Position numbers and translations under genes: made by a program. DNA of 64,000 bases, from contig CM069133.1 of NCBI GenBank assembly GCA_035221665.1, forward strand, positions 144,770,001-144,834,000. Direction: 5' to 3'. This document shows, in pieces, positions 38,635 to 50,807 of the stretch. Below the pieces are notes generated by a model. It made no database searches, was not told where the DNA came from, and saw nothing but the letters and a program-made list of their open reading frames with translations. Origin of the DNA: Okamejei kenojei. Lineage: Eukaryota. Numbering within the stretch: position 1 is the stretch's first letter; each line of letters starts with the position of its first letter.

Positions 38635-40148
38635 TCTATATTACTAAAAGTTTGATCTTGACCACTTCCTGTTGTTCTGTATATAGATTTCAGAAAAAAC
38701 GCTGCCACTTATAGCTGTGATTTTTGGCCATCTTACGCAGAGTCCCCCTCTGCCGTGCAGGACAAGAGGATTTTTCCCATAGATGAAAAATAAAAGAGTT
38801 ATTAGTGTTTAAAAAATGTTGAGATTCTCTCTGCTGAAGGCTACGCCCCTCCTTGAGGGACTATAAAACCCAGAAGTGTTGAGTGCCTCAGTCAGTCTCT
38901 GCAAGATGGGGGGGGGGGGGGGGGGGGAGGAGAGAGGGTCACGTCTCTCAGTCTGAGCTGTGAATAACACTGAACACATGTCTACTAAACTGTGAGTGTG
39001 GTTTTACTGACCTGGAGTGCCCTTAATGTGGTGTGAAAATGAAAATGTGGTTGGTTTGAAAAAGCACAGCAAATGGTTGATGGTGGTTGGTTTGAAATGG
39101 CAAATGATTAAAAGTCTAAACTTGACAACTTCCCGTTTGCACTGTATATTGATTTTAGATAAAACGCTATCACTTACGGCTGTGATTTTTGGCCATCTTA
39201 CTCAGTCTCCGCTCATCGGGTGCAGAGGATTCTTCCCATCAATGAAAAACAAAAGTGTTATTAGTGTTTAAAAAATGTTGAGAATCTCTCTCCTGTCAAT
39301 CATGTTATGAAGGCCACACCCCTTCCGGTGGGAGGGGGAGGGATTATAAAACCCAGAAGTGCGAGTATGGCTCAGTCTCTGCAAGATGGGGGAGGGAGAG
39401 GTCACGACTCTGTCTGAGCTGTGAATCAACTGAACACACTGAATGTCTACTGAATTATGAGTGTGGTGTTTTGTGGTGTTTTGTGTGATTTTATGGTGGT
39501 TTTGCCCTGCTTGAAATGGTATGAAACTGCATTTGAATGTGGTGTCGTTGCACCCTGCATGAAATGGTATGAAGCTGCATTTGAAATTGGTGGCCTTGCA
39601 CCCTGCTTGAAGTGGCATGAAACTGCACTTGAATTTGGTGGTCCTGCACCCTGCTTGAAGTGGCATGAAACTGCACTTGAGTTTGGTGGCCTTGCACCCT
39701 GCTTGAAGAGGTACGAAACTGCACTTGAATTTGGTAGCCTTACACCCTACTTGAAGTGGTAAGAAACTGCACTTGAATTTGGTGGCCTTTACCCTGCTTG
39801 AAATGGTAGGAAACTGCATTTGAATTTGGTGGCCTTGCACCTTGCTTGAAATGGAATTTCAAGGAATAGCCGTGTCAACTGCCAGCCCGCCAGCCGTGAG
39901 TGGGCTGCCAGCACATCAGGCTTGAGTGACTGAGCTGCCACCCCAAGAATCTATTTGGCCCACAAGGTGCATACTAGCCCTCTGGAAACCAGTCCCTTCA
40001 GCCCACAACACCCATACTAGCACTCCAGAAGCCCCCCCCCCCCCCCCAACTCGCCACCGATATTGGAATTGGTGAAGAGGTAGAATATTGCGTTTGGGAC
40101 CAGCCCTCCCGTGTGAACATGGGATCCAACGGGTCTAACTTAGTCTAG
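38635..40148 (+). mobile_element. Non-autonomous Helitron
   Basis: 5' TCTATATTACTAAAAG; 3' hairpin GGATCC-AAC-GGGTCT then TTAGTCTAG|T. Internal ~310-bp duplication (~38690-39000 vs ~39165-39460) and a 48-bp tandem array. Confidence 0.8.
39503..39856. repeat. 48-bp minisatellite, ~7 copies
   Basis: Unit GCACCCTGCTTGAAGTGGCATGAAACTGCACTTGAATTTGGTGGCCTT. Confidence 0.95.
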
Positions 40149-40749
40149 TATCCTAAATCTTTCCCATCCGTGTACCTGTCCAAATGACTTTTAAATGTAG
40201 CCATTGAACCTGCCTCACGGTAAAGTGTATTTTAAAGAAAATCAATTCTCTTTTCAATTACTTGCATTTCAGTTGTCTGATCAATTTTCAGATTACAGCT
40301 TTAGTAGGATCCATGCATCTGACCACCCTTTGACACATCATGGAATCGATCAGTCATAGACACGGCACAGCAACATGACTGAGTCGCTGCCGAGCATCAC
40401 TTCAATTTCTTCCGTTAATTTCCTTCTGATCATTTAACAACAATTTGCTGTTCTCCTCTTCGTTGAGGAATCCAAACACAGATTGTGAGATTACTTTGTT
40501 CAGTCTGCAGGAGTGACTCTGAGCTTCCAGTTGCCTGCCTCTTTAATTCTCCATCGCACTCCCACTTTGGCCTGTGGTTTCCTGTACTGTTACAATGTGG
40601 CACACGGCAAGCTTGAGGAACAGCACATCACAGCCTTGTACACAAGTGTAAAAGCCACAGGGTTGTTAGAGAGGGTAACTTTAACTTACCCAATAATGAC
40701 TGGACTTCCTTTATACAAGCGGCTTAGATAGGCAGAATTTGTCACTGTG

Positions 40750-41930
40750 AAACTTCTACCCTGTTTGATTTCTCAAAATGCAACACCTCACCCATATCTG
40801 CAGTAAACTCCATTAACTATCCCTCAACCCACTTTCCCAATAGCTCAATTTCCTGCAGTAATATTTGATAAACATCTTCACTATCTACAATACCACCCAC
40901 ATTAGTGTAATCTGCAAACTTACTAATCATGCCTTCTACATTCTCATCCAAATTGTTGATATAAACCAAAAAAGGCAATGGGCCCAGCACTGATCCCAGA
41001 GGCACACCACTAGTCATAAGCCTCCTGGGTCCCATTCAGTCTAACCTTTCAAAGCAGCCTACCATATGGAACCTTGACAAATGCCATGCTCGTCCATAAA
41101 GGCATTGTCTACAGCTTTGCCCTTAGACTGCTTAGATTGAAGTTCATCTACCATTTCTCTGCCTATTTCTGTCGCTGATTTATATCCCGATGTATACTTT
41201 GATAGGCTTCCTTCCAGTCTGTGACCCACAGCAATCTTGGTGAAGTCTCCACACTTACTAACTAACCCTACATTTACATAGACATAGAAAATAGGTGCAG
41301 GAGGAGGCCATTCGGCCCTTCGAGCCAGCACTGCCATTCATTGTGATCATGGCTGATCGTCTGCTATCAATAACCCGTGCCTGCCTTCTCCCCATATCCC
41401 TTGACTCCACTAGCCCCTAGAGCTCTATCCAACTCTCTCTTAAATCCATCCAGTGATTTGGCCTCCACTGCCCTCTGTGGCAGGGAGGCCACATCCCCTT
41501 CACATCTTCCCATCTTTAATATGCCACATTGTAACACACAGGCCAACAGGTCAAAGTGGGAGTGCGATGGAGAATTAAAGTGCAGCATAGGTCCTAGCAC
41601 AGATCCTTGCATAACTCCATTGGTCACAGATCTCAAGCCTCAATATTATCCTTCCACCACAATACTCTGCCTTCTATCAGTAAGCGAGTTCTGAATCCAT
41701 ACAACCAAGTGCATCTTAATGAATATTCTGGATCAGCCTCCCATGATGGACTTTATCAGATGCCATACTAAAATCCATGTAGACAACAACCACCACCCTA
41801 CTCTTATCGATCTTCTTCATATCTTCCCAAAAAACTTGATCAACTTAGTAAGACATGACAAAACCCATACTGACTGTCCCTAATTAACTTATTCTATTCT
41901 AAGTGGAAGCAAATCCTATCCTGGCGAATC
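40750..41930 (-). mobile_element. Nested CR1 fragments (old RT pieces plus a young 3' end at 41276-41487)
   Basis: SGVPLGSVLGP..KFADYT and GVMQGSVLGP motifs; young ACATAGAA tail. Confidence 0.8.
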
Positions 41931-42709
41931 CTCTCGAACCTCTGGAAGGTTCTATCAAAAACTAATATATTTTATTTTTATTACTTCATGGTATCAAGAT
42001 TTAAAACACCAGGCAGAATGTAGTCTATTCAATTAAATGTTCCCTATTTTAGATTATCATTCATAGGTGTAAAGCTTGAATTAGGATTTCTACTGCTTGT
42101 GGACATACATCGTAAGGTTGTAATTTTCCATTGCTTTGTGGAATAACTGTTAGTGCAGTTAAAGCACTATATTTAAGTACGGCTGGCATCTCCAATATCA
42201 ATGGGATCAGTTTGTGTTTATATGTAAATGTTATGTTCTCCTATTTGATGACATGCAATTAAATAATGGAAAATACTGTTGATGCAAGATAAAAGCTAGG
42301 TGAATGGAAATTAGGTTGAAATGACGTAACAATACATCAATATAATCATCATTAGAGCACTGGGGAAAAAAGTGAATGTAAAAACCATTGAACAGGAGAT
42401 GTTTATTCCTTCAAAGCTGCCTTCTTGACTCGTGATTACTCTCCCATTAACACTGACTACTAATGAAATCACGGCAAAGAAGTTTGTCAATAATATTCCA
42501 TTCTTGCAAAACTAAGTTCTTCGGAGATGACTGACCATCAGGCCTGGACTGCGCTCCACATTATGCTATTAGTAAGTTGGTGACTCCCAATGAAATCCAA
42601 CATACAAAGGGTTCCAATGAGAAGAAACTTTCACCATCTCTTGCGTCACTTGAGGGGGTCACTTGAGATGGGCTATAAATGAGCTTTACCAATGCAACTC
42701 GTATCTAGA

Positions 42710-42915
42710 GAACACTCTCTGCACGGACTTCCAGTCGGAGGCTTTACAGTCCCCAAACCAGACAGCGATGCAGCTGGTCGAAATACTCTCTATGGTGCCC
42801 CTGTAGAAAGTGGTGAGGACGGGATGGGGGGGGTGAGCTCTTCTCATCCGGCGCAGAAAGTGCAACCACTGCTGTGCTCTTAACTGTTGATGTGATGTTA
42901 TTTGACCATGTTATT
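42710..42915 (-). mobile_element. Rex/Babar-like fragment
   Basis: ITWSNNITS..FYRGTIESI..CIAVWFG-type sequence. Confidence 0.65.
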
Positions 42916-43221
42916 CTGTGTATACTGTGTATACACAGAATGGTCCGAGAAGCCAAACATGAGTTTTGAGAACAGTTTGGATACAATTAAAGACCCTATA
43001 GATAATCCTTTATTATTAACCTTATGGATGAGGAGATCACAATTTTGCAGTTTAATGCACTTCAAGATGCATTCAACATTTCCAAATACATTTAATGTTG
43101 TGCCTTCTAAGCAACTATATTGAAACATGGGGATTCCATAACTTTTTTTTGATGGTATAAGTAATTATCAGGCAACTGAACCCAACAAGAGTGCGGTCCT
43201 GATCTACCATCTACCTCATAA

Positions 43222-43900
43222 AGTCATAGAGTGATACAGCATGGAAACAGTTCCTTCGGTCCAACTTGCCCACACCGGCCAACATGTCCCAGCTACACTA
43301 GTCCCACCTGCCTGCGTTTGGCCCATATCCCTCAAAACCTGTCCCATCCATGTACCTGTCTAACTGTTTGTTAAACGTTGGGATAGTCCCTGTCTCAACT
43401 ACCTCTGTTGCCAACGTGTTCCCTACACCTACCACCTTTTGTGTGAAAAAGTCACCCCTCAGAATCTTTTCCTCTTCACCTTAAACCTATATCCTCTGGT
43501 CCTCGATGAATCCATTCTGGGCAAGAGAACCTGCGCATCTCTCTGATTTATTCCTCTCATTCTTTTGACGTGGCAACATCCTCATCAATCTGCCCTGTAT
43601 ACCTCTGCAGCTAGACAACATCTTTCCTATAACACGGTGCCCAGAACTGACCACAACACTCTAATGACCGCCCTACCTACTTGCACCTCCACCTTCAGGG
43701 AACCATGCACCTCCACTCCTAGATCCCTCTGCTCTATAACATTCCCCAGAGCCCTACCATTCACTGTGTAGGTCCTGCCCATGTTAGACTTCACAAAATA
43801 ACCTCACATTTCTCTGTATTAAATTCCACCAACCACTCCTCAGCCCACCTGGCCAATCGATCAAGATCCTGCTGCAAATTTCCACAACCATCTTCACTTC
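43222..43900 (-). mobile_element. CR1 3' fragment
   Basis: CATAGAGTGATACAGCATGGAAACAG tail and CR1 C-terminal sequence. Confidence 0.85.
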
Positions 43901-44944
43901 CCGATTAAAGTTCATCGGACTATCTTTAAATCAGACTTTACTGGACTTTATCCTGCACTAAACATTATTCCATTTATGCTGTATCTGTGCACAGCTTGAT
44001 TGCAATATTGTGCAGTCTTTTCACTACCTGGATAACACGCAAAAAAAAGCTTGTCACAGTACCATGTGACAATAATAAACTAAACTAATTAATGGTTTTG
44101 AAACTTTGAGTTGATATTAAAATGAAAATTTATCATAACAAATATTTGTTAACCCTGCAATTGAGAAACTAAAGTCATTGGTAGTGTTTATTTGAAGTAT
44201 AAATTGACATATGATGACAAAAGTCACAATCCATCTGACACAATAGAAGGGTGATACCACCAGGTGAATTTTCAAAATGGTGTCCCATTTGATATTTTAG
44301 TACACACATTTTGTCCAGATATCTTCTTTAGCTCTCGGTTACCTCTTTAAAAATATTGCATTTATTAGTTGCTTCTGCAAAGATAAAGCTTTTCTCATGT
44401 AATTCCTAAGTGCTTTACTCAGCCGTTGCCAAGGACGATCCTGTGATCAAAATTTTGCCCTGCTCATCATCCTGAGTGCATTGCTACTAGAGCTGATAGG
44501 AACCTACGTGCCAGCTGCCAAGCCTTAGCAGTGTATCATAAAAATAATATTCCATTCACATGTTGCCTTTAACATCTATACACTTCCCTTTTGGAAGAAA
44601 GAATGAAAGAAAGAAGTCGCCACTCTTAGCTATGTTAATTGAATAACACATTTGCGTAATTACTGTCACAATCCTAATGTTTGTTACATTAAATTAGCAC
44701 TTCATTAACACAAGCTAATAATAGGTGCCTGAGTAATTCCCAAATAGTACACTACATTCTGACTGATTTACTTCCAAACACTCACTACCCACGAAAAGTG
44801 ACCTGGATATTAAGTAGCAGTGTCTGTACTATAGTTACTAAAATATGGAATGTACAATTTATTCCCGTGAACATTCAAAATATAATCAGAATATAGATAA
44901 GAGACAACTGTTGTTTCTCATTGCCTTTAATAGATTGACAACTA

Positions 44945-45500
44945 AGATCATAAATTTATCAGTTCTAGGAGTAGAATAAGGCCATTTGGTCCATTAAGTC
45001 TACTCCGCCATTCAATCATGGCTGTTCTATCATTCCTTCTCAACCCCATTCTCCTGCCTTCTCCCCATAACCCCTGACACCCGTACTAATCAAGAATCTG
45101 TCTATCTCAGCCTTCAAAATGTCCATTGACTTGGCCTCCACAGCCGTCTGTTGCAATGCATTCTACAGATTCACCACCCTCTTACTAAAGAAATTCCATC
45201 TAATCTCCTTTCTAAAGGTACGTCCTTTTATTCTGAGGCTATGCCCTCTGGTCCCGACTCTCCCACTTGTGGAAACATCCTCTCCACATTCACTCTATAC
45301 AGGTTTTTCACTATTCAGTAAGTTTCAATGAGGTCCCCCCCTCAGCCTTCTAAACTCCAGTGAGTACAGGCCCAATGCCTTTGAATGTTCATGATATCCT
45401 ATCCCAATTATTCCTGGGCTTATTCTAGTAAACCTCTTCTGGACCCTCTCCAATGCCAGCACATCCTTCCTCAGATATAGGGTCCCAAACTGCTCACAAT
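44945..45500 (-). mobile_element. CR1 3' fragment
   Basis: Same subfamily as 18060-18390. Confidence 0.85.
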
Positions 45501-45619
45501 ATTTTTATTTTTATGAATTTTATATACATCTTGGATGATAATTTCAAAATATTTTAATTGCATTTCAATTTTGGGAAGCTAATATTTTGCTCCATTAACA
45601 AAAGTGTTCAGCAGTAAGT

Positions 45620-46794
45620 GTTCCCCACTCTCCCCCCATCTCCCACCTTCTCCCTCCCCTCTCCATCCCATCTCCCCCTCCCTTCACCCCCCCCCCATCT
45701 CTTTCTCTGCCGCACTCTCTCTGCTCCTCGAGATAGGGTGGGGAGGGGGTAAAATGAGCCAATGAATAATGTTAATGTAATATCAAGGGGGGGTGGTTGG
45801 TGTGTGTGTGTGTGTGTATATGGGGAGGGGATGCTTAGTGTGTGTGTGTGTGTGTAATGTGTGGGGGGGGGGGTTATTGTGTGTGGGGGGGAGTGGTTAG
45901 TGTGTTTGGGGGGTTAGTGTGTGTGTGAGTGTGGGGGGGGGGGGTTAGTGTGTGTGGGGGGGAGTGGTTAGTGTGTGTGGGGGGTTAGTGTGTGTTGTGT
46001 GTGGGGGGGGGGGGGGGGCGGGGTGGTTTTGTGTGTGTGTGTGTGGGGGGGTGGTTAGTGTGTGTGTTTTGTGGGGGAGTGGTTAGTGTGTGTGTGTGTG
46101 TGTGTGGGGGGAGGGGGGTGGTTAGTGTGTGTGTGTGGGGGGGTTAGTGTGTGTGTGTGTGGGGGTGGTTAGTGTGTGTGTTGTGTGTGGGGGGGTGGTT
46201 AATGTGTGTGTGTGTGGGGGGTGGTTAGTGTGTGTGTGTGTGGGAGGGGTGGTTTAGTGGTGTGTGTGGGGGGGGGGACGGTTAGTGTGTGTGTGGGGAG
46301 GGGGGTAGGTTATGTGTGTGTGTGGGGAGGGGGGTGGTTAGTGTGTGTGTGGAGACGGGGGTGGTTAGTGGTGTGTGGGGAGGGGGTGGTTAGTGTGTGT
46401 GTGTGGGGGGGTGTGGTTAGTGTGTGTGTGGGAGGGGGAGTGGTTAATGTGTGTGTGTGGGGGGGGGTGGTTAGTGTGTGTGTGCGGAGGGGGGTGGTTA
46501 ATGTGTGTGTGTGTGTGTGGGGGGGGTGGTTAGTGTGTGTGTGGGAGGGGGGTGGTAATGTGTGCGTGGGAGGGAACAATATATATATAGGTGGTTAGTG
46601 TGTGGCTGTGGGGAGGGCGTGGTTAATGTGTGTGTGGGGGGTGTGTTAGTGTGTGTGTGTGGGGAGGGGTGGTTAATGTGTGTGTGTGTGGGGGGGGTTA
46701 GTGTGTGTGTGGGGGTGGTGTTACGCCGCAGGCCCCCTCCCCCCCGCAAACCCACGTTGAGGGGACAGGACCCAACGGGTCCCCCTTGGTCTAG
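45620..46794 (+). mobile_element. Helitron 3' portion containing a (G)nTGGTTAG(TG)n composite minisatellite
   Basis: 3' hairpin GGACCC-AAC-GGGTCC then TTGGTCTAG|T; 5' TC end not seen. Confidence 0.7.
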
Positions 46795-47198
46795 TATTAT
46801 TCTAAAAATATGTATAGGACCTACATATTATTATAGCAATCGCTGTTTTCCACGATTGTTCACTGGAAGTATAGGATCAGAAGCATACCTGTGCTACTTA
46901 TTTTAAAGGGAATTTTGTTCACCCAGGCTTGATCCTTTAATGTATCTCCTGAAGGCAACCAATGACTAATGGTTACAGAAAGTTTCTAAAGAATTGTGGC
47001 TTGTTAAAAATGCTGGCTTTTTAAATCGTGAGGGAAAACAAGGAAGGAAAACAGCTGCTTTTCTTTCTACCGAAAGAGGCAAATAAGGGACCAGGCGTTT
47101 AGTTTGAGATGAGGAGAAAAACGTTCATACAAAAAGTATGGAATGTTTGGAATGTTCTACCTGAGAAGGTTGTGGAAGCTCAATGACAGAGTATATTG

Positions 47199-47722
47199 AA
47201 ACATAGAAACATAGAAACATAGAAACATAGAAATTAGGTGGAGTAGGCCATTCAGCCCTTCGAGCCTGCACCGCCATTCAAAATGATCATGGCTGATCAT
47301 CCAACTCAGTATCCCGTACCTGCCTTCTCTCCATACCCTCTGATCCCCTTAGCCACAAGGGCCACATCCAACTCACTCTTAAATATAGCCAATGAACTGG
47401 CCTCAACTACCCTCTGTGGCAGAGAGTTCCAGAGACTCACCACTCTCTGTGTGAAGAAAGTCTTTCACATCTCGGTCTTAAAGGATTTCCCCCTTATCCT
47501 TAAGCTGTGACCCTTGTCCTGGACTTCCCCAACATCGGGAACAATCTTCCTGCATCTAGCCTGTCCAACCCCTTAAGAATTTTGTAAGTTTCTATAAGAT
47601 CCCCTCTTAATCTCCTAAATTCCAGAGAGTATAAACCGAGTCTATCCAGTCTTTCTTCATAAGACAGTCCTGACATCCCAGGAATCAGTCTGGTGAACCT
47701 TCTCTGCACTCCCTCTATGGCA
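47199..47722 (-). mobile_element. Young CR1 3' fragment
   Basis: (ACATAGAA)4 tail; [20 protein letters not shown]. Confidence 0.94.
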
Positions 47723-47889
47723 AAGTACAGACATTTATGTTATCATTCTTTTTTTGAATTAGGGGACAATTAATATGGGGTGACTGCATCATTGTGGTGC
47801 TGAGATAAAAGATCAGCCTGATCTGATTGAATGGATGAAATGAACCAACTCCAGTTGACACTCGTGACGTCTTGACCGTGTGGGGAACA

Positions 47890-48085
47890 CAGTGGTGGAG
47901 TGAGGATCGATTTTAACATTTAAAAGTAAAGTGGATAGGTATATGGACGTGAAGGGAATGGAGGGGTATGGTCTGAGTGCAGGTAGATGGGACTAGGGGA
48001 AAACAAATGGTCGGCACGGACTGGAAGGGCCGAGAGGGCCTGTTTCCGTGCTGTAATTGTTATATGGTTATATGGTTATATGGTT
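47890..48085 (+). mobile_element. CR1 3' end with (TTATATGG)n tail
   Basis: GGGCC.GAGAGGGCCTGTTTCCGTGCTGTAATTG followed by TTATATGG repeats; same family as 50530-50807. Confidence 0.8.
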
Positions 48086-48426
48086 AACACAAGACTTATC
48101 TGTGGGCGAGAGGCACCAGTGGATTGCTATGTAGCAAACCGTCAAATTATGTAAAATAAATGTTTCATAAATAAGAGAGCTGGAGATTATCTTGTGTTCC
48201 TCACATCTAACATGCCTCCATAAACATAGCTTTGTGAATTTGCAAACTTTTAAAACTATTCGCCCTCAGGTAAACCAGTGGTCAATTGGACATCCTACAG
48301 CAGATTGGGGAGAGTATTGGTTTTAAGCGGTTGGGTGGGATGCGAGAGGGGGTGTCTTGTGGACGAGTGCTCCGTTTGTTCAGTTGCCCCTAAGCGAGTC
48401 CCATGCGGTACTCGGTGCTCCCTTAC

Positions 48427-48652
48427 CCAACTCGGACAGTCGTGAATTAGCACCCGGACTCTGCCGAAGACATACGCCTGGTACTCGACGAAGGCAGGGA
48501 ACGCGGTGTGGGCGGCAAAGCCCAGCAGCCGCCTCTCTTCAACGTGCCGGGTGATAGCGTGTCTGCCGAAGTAGCTGGTGAGCAGGTCGGGCTGCTGCAA
48601 GCTGTCCTCCAAGCCCCCTTTCTCGTTGCCCAGCGCCACGATGCGAACCGAC
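48427..48652 (-). CDS. RHOBTB3: RHOBTB3 coding exon 2 (226 nt)
   Basis: Acceptor ctcttcctccttcag and donor TGG|gtaagg. Encodes SVRIVALGNEKGG...FVEYQAYVFGRVRVLIHDCPSW, matching the recalled mammalian RHOBTB3 N-terminus (SIHIVALGNE...FTEYQASAFGNVKLVVHDCPVW). Confidence 0.95.
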
Positions 48653-48808
48653 CTGAAGGAGGAAGAGGGTTTTTACACAGAGACGGAGCAACGCCGGCGC
48701 ACACTACACTACACTGCGCTGCGGGCAGCGGGCGGGCTGGCGCTTTGTGCCTAGTCCTTGCCAAATACACATCGACACCGACCATCGCCAAACCAACCTG
48801 CGACTTAC

Positions 48809-48816
48809 GTGGTCAT
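48809..48816 (-). CDS. RHOBTB3: RHOBTB3 first coding exon (coding part ATG ACC AC)
   Basis: Minus strand reads gccggcaccacaATGACCAC|gtaagt: A at -3, in-frame TGA-TAA upstream, and a perfect donor. The phase-2 end joins the G that starts the next exon, giving MTTSVRIVALGNE. Confidence 0.75.
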
Positions 48817-48949
48817 TGTGGTGCCGGCAGCTTATCAACAGCGGGGAGCCACAGGGGCGATGCATTCATAGTTTTGCCCGCGATCCGAATGACAAAGAAA
48901 CTAGAGGTGAGCGAGTCCCCAGCAGCAGTCGGGGGGTTGGGGGTTGCGG

Positions 48950-49077
48950 NNNNNNNNNNNNNNNNNNNNNNNNNNNNNNNNNNNNNNNNNNNNNNNNNNN
49001 NNNNNNNNNNNNNNNNNNNNNNNNNNNNNNNNNNNNNNNNNNNNNNNNNNNNNNNNNNNNNNNNNNNNNNNNNNNNN
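48950..49077. other. Assembly gap (128 N)
   Basis: Run of N bases. Confidence 1.
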
Positions 49078-50026
49078 CTCCGTCTGCAGGCGTGTTGCCG
49101 CCAGACCGGCCTCCGGGCAGCGGGCAGCGATTCTGGTGGGAAATGTCCCCCACACCCAGCTCCAGGCTCCCGGCTCCCGGGCTCCCGGGCTCAGTGAGGC
49201 TCACCGGGCAGACGCATTGGATTGGGAATCCTTTCCCGGGGCCAGGGTCCGGTCCGAGCGGCCGCACGTCCAGCAGGAAGCAGCGAATGAAGACACGTTC
49301 AAATTCGGCGTCGGATTGGGAAAAAAAAAACAAAAAAAAACAAAAAGAGAGGGGGAAAAACAAAGCGGTACTCGTCAATTACGTAAATGACTCGAGAGGG
49401 AGATTTAATCAGCAATCCGCCCGTTGGTAAAGGATGAAATAAAAGATTGAGGACTGTGGCAGCGAGCTGGGATCAATAGGCTCTGTGTGTGTGTGTCCTC
49501 GTCCTCCAGCCCCAGCGCGTTGGCGCCCACAGCTGCGGCTGCCACTTGACACCATTGTTTGCATCGGGTGACCTGAGCGAACAGCGCAGGCGACAGCCAC
49601 CATCAGCACTTTTAACGGAGCGCATCGTTTCCCCAAACTTCCCCCCTCCCCTCCACCAAATGTCTCCATTTCTACCCTCCTACTGCAAGGTCGGAAAGAA
49701 CGTTACCTGCTGAGTCTACGGCCAGGGGTCGCAGCCTCGGAATACAAGGACTACCTTCAGAATGGAGTTGAGGAGTGTGGGGAATCTGTGGAAGGCATTG
49801 CCACAGATGTCTGACACAGCAGAGAGTGATAGATTCTCGGTTAGTAAGGGTGTGCAGGTTACCGGGAGCAGCGAGGAGAATAGGGTTGAGAGCCATGTTG
49901 AATGACTGGATGGGCTCGACGGCCGAATTCAGCTCCTTGTGGTATGTGTGGAACTAGCCAAGGTGGGCCAATCATCCGTAAACATAAGGAATTTCAGATG
50001 CTGGTTTACAAAAATGGTGAATATAG

Positions 50027-50807
50027 TAGAATGTTACCTGGGTTTCAGCACCTTAGTTACAAAGAAAGGTTGAACAAGATGGGTCTTTATTCTTTGGAGA
50101 GCAGAAGGTTAAGGGGGGACTTCATAGAAACATAGAAAATAGGTGCAGGAGTAGGCCATTCGGCCCTTCGAGCCTGCACCGCCATTCAATATGATCATGG
50201 CTGATCATCCAACTCAGTATCCTGTACCTGCCTTCTCTCCATACCCCCTGATCCCTTTAGCCACAAGGGCCACATCTAACTCCCTCTTAAAGATAGCCAA
50301 TGAACTGGCCTCAACTACCTTCTGTGGCAGAGAATTCCACAGATTCACCACTCTCCGTGTGAAACATGTTTTTCTCATCTCGGTCCTAAAAATTTCCCCC
50401 TTATCCTTAAACTGTGACCCCTTGTCCTGGACTCCCCCCAACATCGGGAACAATCTTCCTGCATCTAGCCTGTCCAAAGTTTCTATAAGATCCCCCCTCA
50501 ATCTTCTAAATTCTAGCGAGTCCAGCGAGATAGAGGTCTTTAAAATGATGAGAGGGATAGACAGAGTTGATGTGGATAAGCTTTTTCCATTGAGAGTAGG
50601 GAAGATTCAAACTTCCAGTGGAAGTGGTGGAGGCAGATTCGATTTTATCATTCAAAAATAAATTGGATAGGTATATGGACGGGAAAGGAATGGAGGGGTA
50701 TGGTCTGCGTGCAGGTAGATGGGACTAGGTGAGAGTAAGTGTTCGGCACGGACTAGAAGGGCCGAGAGGCCTGTTTCTGTGCTGTAATTGTTATATGGTT
50801 ATATGGT
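50027..50807 (+). mobile_element. CR1 3' fragment with an antisense CR1 (50124-50520) inserted
   Basis: RMLPGFQHLSYKERL..RGD|..IEVFKMMRG split by a minus-strand young CR1 3' end. Confidence 0.88.

Larger units (their letters stand above)
48300..49720 (-). promoter_or_regulatory. RHOBTB3: CpG island / probable RHOBTB3 promoter and 5' UTR
   Basis: CpG-dense, non-repetitive stretch around the start codon. ATTGG (minus-strand CCAAT) at ~49216-49225 and ~49315; TTACGTAA bZIP palindrome at 49379-49386. Confidence 0.7.

Noticed and set aside
39268-39840. 190-aa ORF with 16-aa Cys-containing repeats
   Set aside because: Translation of the 48-bp minisatellite inside a Helitron.
48508-49430. ORFs spanning the N gap
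   Set aside because: Open only because of unknown bases and GC-rich promoter sequence.
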